DNA of 63,903 nt, the filler included, from Collodictyon triciliatum (taxonomy: Eukaryota): assembly GCA_043381765.1 (NCBI GenBank). It is 5 parts of 5 records of this genome, joined end to end, with 100 filler letters (N's around TTAATTAATTAA, not from the genome) between each part and the next. Parts side by side here need not be neighbours in the genome. Positions count along the whole stretch, not along the records: positions 29,518 to 48,589 come from JBHJMP010000536.1; positions 48,690 to 60,425 come from JBHJMP010000537.1; 3 more parts are not named here. One strand, 5' to 3'. The stretch's first letter is position 1. Each line of letters starts with the position of its first letter. This document shows, piece after piece, positions 36,201 through 48,859 of the stretch. Made by a program: the position numbers and the translations under genes. The notes beneath the pieces were generated by a model, which was not told where the DNA came from, did no database searches, and saw only the letters and a program-made list of their open reading frames with translations.

Positions 36201-36644
36201 TGGTATTTGAGAGGTTATTTGCTGTGTAAGGAGAAAATTAAAACAAGAAAAATAAAACGTTCTGAGTCATGCTTTATGGTTGAATTAGACTGCTTTGGAG
36301 AAGAAAAACTCAATGCAACATAGCTCAGTATGGGATAACCCCCAACTTGATATCCATAGAACTAACCTGTCTTCTTTTTGCTTGGGATAGATCGAGCGTT
36401 GGCATTCCTGTATGCAGAAAGCAAGGGTGTGAATATATATATATAAAGTGTTTTGTGAAAGATTGTGTTGCGTATGTATCTGAGGTCCGTTTCTGATCCA
36501 CTCCGGATGTCTGGCTTTTAGTAGCATTTCCGAGGCAAATTACTTTGGCTTTTGGGCCATTCCTGGCCAGTGTCGCAGACCAGGATTCTTCTCCAGGACC
36601 ATGTGTTCACCGCGCATGTGTGGATCAAAGGGCACTGAAGTCAT
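33279..36644 (-). CDS. STE20/PAK-like Ser/Thr protein kinase
   Basis: KIGNG|AFGVLY, VALK, NEIAMM, IHRDIKGENIL, ADFG, VGTPFWMAPELIRGKPYGPK, DVWSFGI, GEPPY, ALFLIATEG; TGA at 33279. The kinase core (33279-35306) is secure; the 5' exons up to ATG 36644 are inferred from splice phases. Confidence 0.85.
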
Positions 36645-37759
36645 CTTCTGCTTGTCTGATTGTCTTTGGAGCTGGTATGTTTGTCTACTTTTTTGTGTGT
36701 TGAATATAACGTAATAAATAATAAAATAATAATGTGAGAACATTCAACCGAATGAAAAGAAAAAAAAAGGAGAGGGGATGTTTTGCTCAATTATCGTTTT
36801 CACTACGTCTCGTAGTCACCTGACTGTGAGAAACTGAACCAAAGACGAAATGCTGAGGCTCCAATACGCACTAATATATATAAGCCCCCTCCTTTTTCTT
36901 CAGTTTTTAATGGAATCCTTGTTCTTTATTTTCTCTTCTTTCTTATTTCACTCATTTGAAGAACGACGAGGTATTCTGCTCAGGCTTTCCTTTCCCCATG
37001 CTTAAAAAAAAAAAAAAACGAAAAAAACAGCGAATGTCGCCGACTTTGTCCGCACGCCTGATTGGCCTTCGTCCCTGTCTTTCTAGAGGGAATGAACCCG
37101 CAATGACGTTGGATCTTTTAACCTCCGATCTGTTGTGATCTGCCGCGTGTGTGTGATCCTTCTCCTGTAAAGAACAGATCACAACAACGCGTTGCACATC
37201 CCGTTTCTTTCACCGAACCGCCGCCCTTCACCTAAATTCCAGACAGAGAATCGTCTAATCAAACCCCCATTTTCCGCATTCAGAACCGGTCTGCTTGCGC
37301 GCCACTTAGCAATAATGGAATCCCGGCACCAAAAGCTTTCTTCCACTTCTGGACATGCTTTTCCAACTGTTGTCTGCTGCCCTAATCTAGACATACGAGA
37401 TGCATGGATACTACTGGGGCAATCTTCCTGCATCGCCTTGGACATCATATTAATACTAAAAAAATTTATATTTGTACATATACAATTATATAATCATATC
37501 ACAAATAGTTTGAGGTTATATATCGAGTCATATTATAATATCCATAAGTAAAAATAGTACGGTATATTTACTTTCCTGGAATATTCTCAAAACACAAACA
37601 AGAAGCAAACCCACATAGCCAGGAATCACTTTGAAATCGCCACACACAGCCGACGACAGAACGCCGCAAAGTCTTCACAATTGGGCACACGTCGGAATCA
37701 CTCCAAACAGAAAAGCACACTTGACCATAGGGAGTCTGCTGCCGCTGCCGCGAATCGGA

Positions 37760-40700
37760 ATGTCCAACACGCAGATATACCTGCAAGTGGTTGGAACGGA
37801 CTCTGCCGATTCAACCCCGGCGTTCCTTCTCTTCTTCGACAACAAGCGGTATGTTTTGCCTTGGCCATAACCATGGGAGCCTTTTGAATACCTATCATCT
37901 TTGCAGAGTATGTGAAAAAGGCACTCGTCTTTAATCCCCGGTTTATTCTTGTGTTTCATCTGTTGGGAATATTGGAAAAGGTATCTGTTCAACTGCGGCG
38001 AAGGGACTCAGAGGTTTTGCATGGAAAACAAGATTAAACTCACCAGACTGAGCGACTTGTTTTTAACGCGTCTCCATTCGAATGTTATTGGAGGCGTTCC
38101 AGGTATTTCTTCATTTCTTTATTGACCCATTTATTTTCAAAGTATCTTTAAGGAACACGTGAGGAACTCGTATAGCATGCTACTAAATATAATAATCAAC
38201 AATAAAATGGTCAAAATAATTTATACTCTTGGCCGACTTTTATTTCCACCTGACATATACGATGATATTTTACAAGTAATATATAATGGGTGTCAACTTC
38301 ACTGTCTTTTGGAAAAAGGAAGAAAATAAAATAAATTTAGCCAATACGCCTTATATTAGGAATGCTACTTACGCTTGACGGTGTGGGTGCTAAATCTTTG
38401 AATATCCATGGGCCGAAGGGAACAGTTGATTTGCTCCAAACAATAAAGCTTACAGCTCATGTGTATGTAAATTATGTATATATTTTTATAATTATACATA
38501 TACGCTGCTCCATCCATATTCTGCTCTGAATGTTTCCTGCCCTCCAATTATTGCCTGAGTGCGCAGGTTACGATTCCATCTATCTAATCTCACCATGAAA
38601 AAAAAAAAAAAACTGCAGGCGGGGTACTTTTCCTGTTAATGCATGCGAATACCTGGATAGAACCTCTACCTTGCAATTAGAGAATGCCAAAATAACCATA
38701 GTGAAAATAAATCCTTCAGAGGATACAGAAAGGGAAGAAAGACAACCAGGCGAAGGTTAAATGAAACCTTGTTTAAGCAGAAAAATGTACCAATTAAACA
38801 TCGATAGGATATTTCCCACAAGAACATAATAGGTCTGAAGTAACCTGTTTCAAACTACAGTTGAAAACCCACCAAAAAAACCTCGAGCAGAAGCCCCAAC
38901 CAACACTGGGGCTGTTTTCAATTATATAGTCGAGGGCAACCCCATACCAGGGAAATTTGATGCAAAAAAGGCATCTGAACTAGGGGTACAAAAAGGACCT
39001 TTGTTTGGTAGTTTGTTTTTGTATTATATAAAACTAAATTAATTTTTTTTATAAAAAAATCATAATTTATTAGTAACCCATCAATTAAGTATACGTTATC
39101 TTGATTTTTAAATTTTATACATCTCACATTTTCAAAAAAAAAAAACTGTACCCAATGTATGGCGTATGTATGGTTTGTTAGATGATTCATTGAATTCCTG
39201 AATTAAACATCGCTCCAGGTCAATTAAAGAGCGGAAAGGCCGTTGTAAATAAAGATGGAGTGCTTGTCGAGCCCTCTGAATGCGTTGAACCTTCAACTCC
39301 AGGATCGGTAGCACAATTTCAATCTTTTTGAGACTGAAGTATTGATCGACTCGTTACAATTATATCCTAATTGATGCGCCTTCACCACCCCACAGATTGT
39401 TTTGATAATTGACTGCCCATCTATCCAATATTTTGAGTTAATCAAAAGAAATCCTCTGCTACCAAACTATTTCGGCCGTCAAAATGTTTGCGGGGTGGTT
39501 CATTTAACCCCCGCAGAGGTGATTGACATACCAGAGTATCGAACATGGATGAGTTGCTTCCACAAGGACTGTAACGTATGTTATCATTTTAAAAAAAAAT
39601 GAAGACATTTTTTTTTATTCCTTGAGTGATTTCTTCGACATATTCTTTTCAATTTTTTCATTAATACTTTGGTAACATAGCACGTCATCTTCAATTCGAT
39701 TTGGTGTGACAACTTTGCGACCTTTCAGGCCTCATCTACTCTCTTGAAGAAGTTGAACTTCATTGATTCCAGATTATTCCCATCACTGGTCTATGCTAAT
39801 TCGACGAAAACTCCAGGAGAAGGTTCGCATACATAATGTATCTATAAGAAAGCCCCGTTCAAATAATAAGAGAAATTACTTTTTGAGTTCAATAATGTGT
39901 CATACTTTCATCGGAAATAAAAAAAAAACAATAATTTATCATACCTTCATATGTAGATTTTCTCGGTTTAAAGGCAACCGCTGCAAAAATCTTAATGAAA
40001 ATTATGATGTATCCTCCAAACTTGGTTGGGATAGATGCAACAAAAGTAATTTATAACATTCATAAGCTATATCATATGTCTAATCTTATTGAAAATAAAT
40101 ATGTATACTTGATATGTATTCAATTAGGAAGGTATCCTGCTGTCTCTAGCTCTAGATTACCCTTTCTTCTTTTCTTCTAAAAATAATGAATAAATAAGAA
40201 TAAAAATATTAACGCCAGCATTCTTTGAAGGTACCCACAGACCTTTCCCAGTCCGAGGTTTCCGATGAAATGAGCACATATAACGAGCTTAACTTTCAAG
40301 TGAGGTTACAGACCTATCGTTCAAAGCACGTGCTTTCTGCTGAGAGATGTGAAGCGAAAGAATCTCCATCAGATGACTTCAAAATATTATTTTTAGGAAC
40401 TGGGAGTGCCATTCCATCAAAGTATCGTAATGGTGAGAAAAACACTATGAACTAATGTGACATTCCCAACGGAAAAAAACTGTACAGTATGAATTATGTA
40501 ATTTTCTCTCCTTTAAACAGAGTCCCACATTAACTTGTATATAAATAAATTCAAATTGATACGCACAGTCTCCGGGATATACTTAAAGTACGACTCTGGA
40601 TTCTCTGCCCTTCTTGATGCAGGAGAAGGAACATTGGGTCAATTAAATAGACGTTTTGGTGTTGAAGAGGGACTTAAGCTGATATCGAATCTGTCGTGTA

Positions 40701-42156
40701 TATTTATTTCACACATACACGCAGACCATAATATCGGTGTAGCACGGATTTTGCAAACTAGATTCGAGGTTTGAATCACTATCAGACCAACGAAAATAGT
40801 ACAATAATTAATTTATTTACTGATTCCCGCATACATCTTTTGCATTTTATTCTCTCTTTTTTTAAATTAAAAAAATAGCAAGTCAATTCAATTTAAAATA
40901 AATATCTAAAATATGATGTATGATTTCAATATTTGAATAAATAAACAAGTAGTCATGAGCTTCGTTCTAACATACAGTACCTGAGACGTTATTCTTCTGG
41001 GGTCATACCCGACATCCTTGTAATTGGACCACCAATGATTTCTAACTGGTTGGCCCAGATGGAGGGAATAATCGGGACGATGAAATATCATTTTATAGAC
41101 GCAAAAGAGTTTACTTCAGGCGACAATTATTGGACGTAATTAGTTCGCCGACATTTTTTCTCATAATTATTATCCTGTGGCCATAAGCATAAAATTACAA
41201 AAAACAATATAATTTTTTGATAAAATAATCATTCTCTGGATATGATCAGAAATAAGGAGGGCAGCCCACTAGGCTTGGAGATGATCAAAACGATATTAGT
41301 CCCGCATTGTCGCTTATCATATGCGATCATGTTTAAACACAAATCAAGCAAAAATATCATGTATGATTTTATTTTCTTTAAATCGAGTAAAGGAGGATAT
41401 TGTATGATTTAGTTTTGGTCTCCTATATATTTTAAAAGAAAAGTTATTGACAAAATCACAAAAAATGAAAGTCTAATTCGACTAGCGTCACCCAAAATCT
41501 AATTCATCAATCTGAAAGGTATTCAGGAGATACATCATTCTCACAGGAATTGATTGATTCTGGTAAAGGTGTTGATATATTGATACACGAGGCAACCTTT
41601 GAGGACGACCTGAAAGAAGAGGTAGTTTGGTTTTGTCGACTATGCAATTCATTTATTCTTTAGAAGGCAATAATTATTATTTTAGTGCCTTTTAATCGGT
41701 TACAAAACAAATATAATATAAAAAAAGGAGAACTGAACGAGTTAAATGAATAAATAAACAAAATCTGTACAACGGAAGGCAATCAAGAAGAGGCACAGCA
41801 CCATTTCAGAGGCTATCGAAGCGGGGAAATTGTAAGACTTTGCTTTTGCATCAACTGCGCTTATTTTTATTTTTTTTAGATCTTATACCTTAAGTGTGAT
41901 CCTGTTTGTTTCCATCACTGAATGTCATTTATGTGTTAGAATGCAAGCCAAGTTTACAATTCTGACGCACTTCAGTCAAAGATACCCCAAGATTCCAGTT
42001 TTTTCAGATGAAGCACAAGTAACAAACCAAATTGGAGTGGCTTTCGACTTTATGGATGTATCTAACTCTACCTTAAACCTACTCCCCCATGTCCTGCCCA
42101 GCATTCAATCCTTGTTTGTGGAAGCAGAAGATTCTCAAGAAGCAGATGGAGTGTAG
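37760..42156 (+). CDS. ELAC2: tRNase Z long form (RNase ZL)
   Basis: RYLFNCGEGTQRF, GKFDAKKASELGVQKGP, FLGTGSAIPSKYRN, LLDAGEGT, SHIHADH, YSGDT, LIHEATF, HST and LTHFSQRYPK in order across exons. Confidence 0.95.
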
Positions 42157-42376
42157 ACAGGAGAGAGAAAGTATGGGAAGTGATAAAGGCTTTTTTTTTT
42201 GGACAGTAAATTGCAAAAAGAAAAGAAACGGAGAGTTGAACCTTGTCTAGACTTCTTTTTTTTTTTTAATTAAGACACAGACTATTCTATAGTTTTTAAC
42301 TATTATATGTCTAATCTATGATGTGGTGAAAGCGTTGTCATCAAGGAAATTTGGGTCACTGATAACAACATTTGCA

Positions 42377-43785
42377 TCAATACTGAAGCCCCCTAATTAA
42401 TTTGCATGTTTTTTTTTTAAAAAATGAAATAAAATAAAAAAAAACTGGCATAATGTTATACAATATGAAATTGAAAGTTGGATTTTAGCTATTCAATCGA
42501 AAGTAGTCACCATTTTTCAATGCCACGGCCAAAATATAATCCTGTTGAAAACTCTGGGCATATAGCAACCATCCTATCCAAATAAGCTAGTGAATCGTTT
42601 TCTCCTGGGAAGATTTCATCTCTAGAAACACTTTGTTCACTCAGCATACCATCAACTTGCGTACCGCGATAAAGGAGATTAAAGCAACCATCTATATCAC
42701 TCAATGCGAAGGAATATTCATCCATATTGTCGACGAGACCCAATCCGACAGCCTTACAGAAAACATGTATAAATACAAAAGACAATGGGACACCATAAAT
42801 AACTTATGAACCAACAAAAAAAAAATTAATAATTCGTAACCATACAGAAAAGTAACCTTAAGATAGGCTTCTTTCAAAGACCAGAGTAGATAGAACCTAA
42901 AAAAATAAATGGATACTATTAGTTTTATTGTAAAAAAAAAGAGGGATGGAAGATGTATAGAATACGTAAGTTTTGAAACCTTTGAAGTCTTTGAAGTAAT
43001 TGTCTGTCAGCTCGGCTTTCCAAATGACATTCTCTCAGGAAGCAATGTTTGTCGGTTAGGCATTCCGAAAAGACAAACAATTTTTCATTCACAGAGAGAA
43101 CGCTGGACATATCATCCAGAAAGCTGGTTATGTCTTCATCCTATATGAAAAGCAGGGCTCAGTCTAACTTCATCCTTACGAACAAAACAAAAAATTTCGA
43201 ATAGAATGAGGCCGCCCTTCTTTCCGCTATGCTTTCTTTACATAATTTTGATAGATATCATCGAAGCAAATGTCATCTCTTCAATACTAACGCATTGAGC
43301 GGGTGGATACGCAGCAATATGAGACACATCGAGACCCACAGGCCCAGCGAAGGAAATGCACACAACAACCCAATCTTCTTGATGAGAAATACTAATGCTT
43401 GGTGTTGAGCCCACAATGGCTCTCAAATGAGTCTCAACAGCACTGCTCTAGATGAATTAAAACATACTCTGATGGAATTGTAAGGTGCTTAGAAAAAAAA
43501 ATATTTTAAAGATAACCAGGATATAATGAAGGGGAAACGATAGATGATTCATTATGGAGATAGCGGGAATCAGTTAAATCAAATACAAGAATAGGTTGCC
43601 CTGATGGAAGTTTTTCAAGTAATCTCTGGTCGCGGGGCCAGACACCAAAACTGTCGGCAGCAATACGTTGCAATATCAGATTTTGATAGAGTTTGGATAA
43701 ATAGAGTTTTCAACAACACATACAAGAAAAAGCAGGAAACCTCGACACTAAATCGTGAAGTAAGAGGCGAGCGAGGATACGAGCC

Positions 43786-43846
<61 letters not shown>

Positions 43847-44395
43847 AATTAATAAATAAAAAAAAAAAAAAAAAAAAATAAAAAAAAAAAAAAAAATGAA
43901 AAAGAAAAAGAAAATGAAAATGAAAATGAAAATGAAAATGAAAATGAAAATGAAAATGAAAATGGAAATGAAAATGGAAATGGAAATGGAAATGAAAATG
44001 AAAATGTAAATGAAAATGTCAATGAAAATGAAAATGAAAATGAAAATGAAAATGAAAATGAAAATGAAAATGAAAATGAAAATGAAAATGAAAATGAAAA
44101 TGAAAATGAAAATGAAAATGAAAATGAAAATGGAAATGAAAATGGAAATGGAAATGGAAATGAAAATGAAAATGTAAATGAAAATGTAAATGAAAATGTA
44201 AATGAAAATGAAAATGAAAATGAAAATGAAAATGAAAATGAAAATGAAAACATGAAGAGAGAATAAACTAACAACCTTGCCATTTGTTTCCCCTAACCGC
44301 TGCACTATCCCGAAGCCCGCGTCACCCCAACTTCTCAGCACATCTGCTGGAGGCTGCCAGCGCGATACCTGACAGGCTCGTAAGTGAATGCTCAT
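42377..44395 (-). CDS. Sfp/Lys5-type 4'-phosphopantetheinyl transferase
   Basis: PSGQPIL, ISISHQEDWVV..PVGLDV and FYLLWSLKEAYLK|AVGLGL motifs; 3' end uncertain (42377 or 42507). Confidence 0.85.
43908..44250. repeat. (GAAAAT)n intronic hexamer repeat next to a poly-A tract
   Basis: Direct reading. Confidence 0.95.
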
Positions 44396-44799
44396 TTGCC
44401 ACAGCAGAGCGAAACAGAGTCTTTGGCTTCGGGATCGTCTCTACGATCTCGTTTTAAAAATACATGAGTCTCGCCTTAGCCAGTCACGCCTTCTAAGCTA
44501 CAAAGAAAAATAAGTCTGTCCATGCGATGATTTCATTCCTAAAGACAAAACAAAAACAAACAAAAACATCAAAAAAAAAATACTAATAATCCAGACAAAA
44601 AATAGACTATATCGCTGCTTATTTCCATAATTATGCATCGCAATTATCAAAAGATATCAAAAGATATCAAATGCTCATGCAGCAGCCGGGGTGACAAAAC
44701 AAAGTGTGCAAGTTTTTTATTGTCAAATCTGCCGAGAAAAAAACTGCGATATATCGGGGTATTCTTTTCTTTAATCCCAGAGGACAACCGAAAATATTT

Positions 44800-47700
44800 C
44801 TATGCCGGAGCATTTTCAGGTTTGTTTGGAAAGCCGAGGAGTTTGTAAAAGCGTTCCACTTTATCGAGCACGTCCTATGGTATGTGTGTGTAGCGTTATT
44901 AGCATTTGAATAAGCGGCTCACGGACGACGCTTGCGGCATCAAAAAGTTATGTTTCAACTGCATTCGATATGAGCGTCTCCTACAAACCGGAGTGACTTC
45001 AATTGTGGATGGGTTCATCGTGACGACTGAGATGAGGATAATTTATAATTATGGCGATGAAAAGCGACACGGTTCACATATGTATAACATATAGTAATAA
45101 CGCATGCAAAGTGGCGCAAAGTTAAACAAGGGAATATCCCTTTTGCGCTTTACGGTATCGAGAAAGACCAGCTCACCTCCAGCCGGGTCAAGTGCACTGT
45201 ATGCAGCTGGCTTTGGGATGGACTAGAAATATACAATTAGATATGTTAGAATTTCCCTTCAGTCGCGCTCCTTTTAGTCAAAATATTATATTCCTTCTAT
45301 TTCTCATCCCGAATATACTGCTATTAATTGGCATGAGCAGACCGACTACACACAAGGAATTAGAGCTCAACCTTAAAATAAGTTGCCATTACACCGACTG
45401 GAATGACGTCTGGGGCGATTTCGTGAGACGGGGCAGCTGCTGTGACCGGAGCGAGCGGAAAGGGAGAATGAGGAACCGAAACAGGGAAAGGAACCACAGG
45501 ATTGGGGCTCATTCCCAACGGAAGCGGGGTGAGTTGTGGAGGAAATGGTGCAAATGAAGAGTAGGCAGCATAACTGGGGTCGGTAATGGCCGGAGTTTGG
45601 AACGGGGAAATGCTTGGTGGCACTGCCAAGATATGTTGCTGTTGCTGTTGTTGAAGAAGAAACTGTTGCGGTCCCGGCGATATCAGTCGCGATGCATCTT
45701 CGGTAGTTTGGGAGAAACTCTGCCATGGGGGAGGTGTTGCTGAAGGAGCCTCAGGAATCTAAAGGGTGGATAAGGGCGGTCATAGTGAATGAAGCTAATG
45801 AAGTATAGATACCATGAAGCCATGAAGCCGAGCAAAAAGGGGTGATAAATCAGTCCACAATTCTTACTTTTTCTGGTAGATGCGAAGAAGGTGGGGGCGG
45901 TGGAGGCCGTTGAGTGACAGGTGGGTGGCTCATAGTCATGGATGATTCAATTTCTCCCTGTCTTGTCTATGCGAGAGATATTGAGATTGTAATATATAGA
46001 AAAAATCATGCATTAAAGCATGCACATGCAATAAGTACTCTAGATATTTTACGAAGAGATAAATTATGATGGAATTGCGCTCAGAATTTTTACTTCGTTG
46101 ATAATCCCTCGATCTTTCCATATTCCGAGAACCTTGATTCGAGAAGGATAAACATGGCACGTTTACGTAGTTTGTGTAATTGTTTATTCATATATACATG
46201 CCTTCTCATGATGATGCATTTCAGTAATTCCTAAATGGTAATCATATTATATTGCAAGAAGAATACCTTGGTCAGCTTAGTGAAAACATCATGTGTTCGG
46301 GGGGAATATGCAGCATAGAAAATAGATGGTGCAGCCTCAAGAAAGATACCCAACAATTCTTGATATTTCTCGTTTCTTGTGCTGCTCATGACAATATGGT
46401 TAATTTGTAAAAGATGGCTGTAAGTGACGAAATGCGCAAGCAATACTATGATCAGGTATAAGCTCCATAAGGGCAGCTACCAGTGATATGTGACGTCATT
46501 AATCAAGTAGATAACAAAAAGTCTTTTGTTAAAGTTCTCGAAATAACTAATTCTTTTTGTGATTGTCTCAACAAGATTCCTTCCCAAGTGAGCGTTCTCA
46601 AGAATCCAGTCTTTTCCAGACTATGATATAGTTTTATAAACCCAAATTTAAAAAATCGATTTGATGGTTCGAAACAAAATTAATCAACCAGTTAATTAAT
46701 CAAAAGCCAGTCATAAGATTTACAAATGAGAAACTCCTCTTTCTCTCTCGTTAAAACCCAAACTATATATAAGAGAAAATATTGTAAATTGGAACCTTGA
46801 TTGTATCTTTCGAACCGTCTAAAGAATCCAACATCTTGTAGACTCGAAGAAGATCTGCAGGGTTCAAACCATCTACAAGGATCTATATTTCATAGTACAT
46901 TTCGTATTCAATAGACAATCATTTACCCTTTTCCAAGTGATAACGATATTCAGTCAAGTGAATTTCCATCGACAAACACTGAATGCGTACCGATAATTGA
47001 TGTTGGTAGTGTTTTAATTCTTTTTTTTTTTTTTGCTTATTTGCTTATTTGTTTTGCTATGCTATATTTTCTTTATTTTCACCGTCGTTGGGTATGTTAT
47101 TTCGTAATCTTATAGATAATTCAACTGTAACGTAAGCAAACTTGGTCATTGGATGCCACCGCCGCAGTTGATGGGAGGTTTGATGTTTTTTCACGTTCAG
47201 AAAGCGAAGTGTTTGCTTCGTATAATTGATGTATTTGGGCTTATATGTGAAGAAGGAAATACAGAAATCAAGTTACATACGATATCAGAACATGAGAAAA
47301 TGTACGTGTTTATGTTCGAAGAATAAGAAATCGATATATATATATAAAGTATTTGATATAAAATACCCATAGTCATGCCGTTCTTAATTAATGCCTTAAG
47401 ACAGTTGTAATACTCATGACCCTCCCCATCAAATAAGAAAGAAAACTTTGGATTCCCACTGTCTCGGGAACGAATTGAAATTTCTATTCCTTCTCCTTTC
47501 TGACTGATATGCTCCACCAATTTGTCGATTGTCGTTTTAATTTCATGATCTGCAATGTTTTTTTTTTAAAAAAAAAAAACATGAAATACTATGTTAGAGA
47601 CCTTTGGGATATAAATATATTATCTTCATACTAGCTATGGATATAATTTAGTATTAGTTGTTTGCGTAATGGTATTTTCCTGATATTTTGGTATGACCGC

Positions 47701-48589
47701 GCAATTATTGATGAGACCTTGTGGCGGCTTTGCTAAGGAAGGTTGTGCTTGCTGTGGAATAGAAGATGACCCGAGTGATGTGTGTGGGATAGCTGGGGGA
47801 ACGACCGGTGGAACAGCTGGTGGTTGAGTGAGATGTGTCGGTGGTGCTTGGTAAGGCTGAGGCATCATGTAAGGGAATTGCGAGGCTCCTTGTTGAGTGT
47901 TTACTTCCCACGGCCGAGAATGTGGTATTTGGCTCATGTGTGGATGTTGCCCTGGAGGTATCTGATTCGCAACATGATGGTGGTCGAGTTGCTGGGTGAT
48001 AAAAGCAACAATCCAAAAATAAGAATGTATTAGCTAAATAATCAAATTCACAAAGAGCATCATGTGATTCGTAGTTGATTGATAATATCAAGTTTGGCTA
48101 GTGAGTGATCATAATTGGTGTGGAATGAAGGAGTATCTGGTAAACCTTCCCCCAGCCCAACTTGAGTTCGTATGAGCGGATTCGCTTCCCTTGCATCTCC
48201 TTCATAGCATTAGCTGCAAATTCAGGGGTGGTAAAGGTAACAAAGGCACACATTTTTGCTGGGACAAGCTGGATTGTTAAATGGGTGACTGAAAAAACAG
48301 TGGGTGAAGATGATAAAGTTGAACCATGGAAAAACAATCATGATTGTATGATATATAAATCATAATTAATCATTGGAGAATTGAAGAAGAAGAAGAAGAA
48401 GAAGAAGAAGAAGAAGAAGAAGAAGAAGAAGAAGAAGAAGAAGAAGAAGAAGAAGAAGAAGAAGAAGAAGAAGAAGAAGAAGAAACCTTCACAGATTCAA
48501 TGAGACCGTATGCTGAAAAGCTGGCATTGAGCTCTTCCTGCGTTACATCAGGACCGATTCCACCCACATAAATAGCTCGGTTTCCTGTG
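44800..48589 (-). CDS. CHERP-like splicing factor: RRM + SURP + CID + CHERP-type C-terminal motif; 5' truncated by a gap
   Basis: RRM (IYVGGI...CAFVTF...LKLGWGK); SURP (IDKLVEHISQKGEGIE...NPKFSFLFDGEGHEYY); CID (SKDTIK|SGKDWI...LFVIYLINDV..VLGIW); IPVGVMA..YSALDP..VLDKVERFY; TAG at 44800. Confidence 0.8.
48383..48484. repeat. (GAA)n intronic microsatellite
   Basis: Direct reading. Confidence 0.95.
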
Positions 48590-48689
48590 NNNNNNNNNNN
48601 NNNNNNNNNNNNNNNNNNNNNNNNNNNNNNNNNTTAATTAATTAANNNNNNNNNNNNNNNNNNNNNNNNNNNNNNNNNNNNNNNNNNNN
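48590..48689. other. Artificial linker N44-TTAATTAATTAA-N44
   Basis: Same structure as the other linkers. Confidence 0.95.
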
Positions 48690-48859
48690 ATTTGTATTTG
48701 TATTTGTATTTGTATTTGTATTTGTATTTGTATTTGTATTTGTATTTGTATTTGTATTTGTATTTGTATTTGTATTTGTATTTGTTTTCAATACAGTATA
48801 ATGATAATGGAGCTCATAACACTCCAAATATTTTGAGTATGATGTGCCTAGTAAAAACC

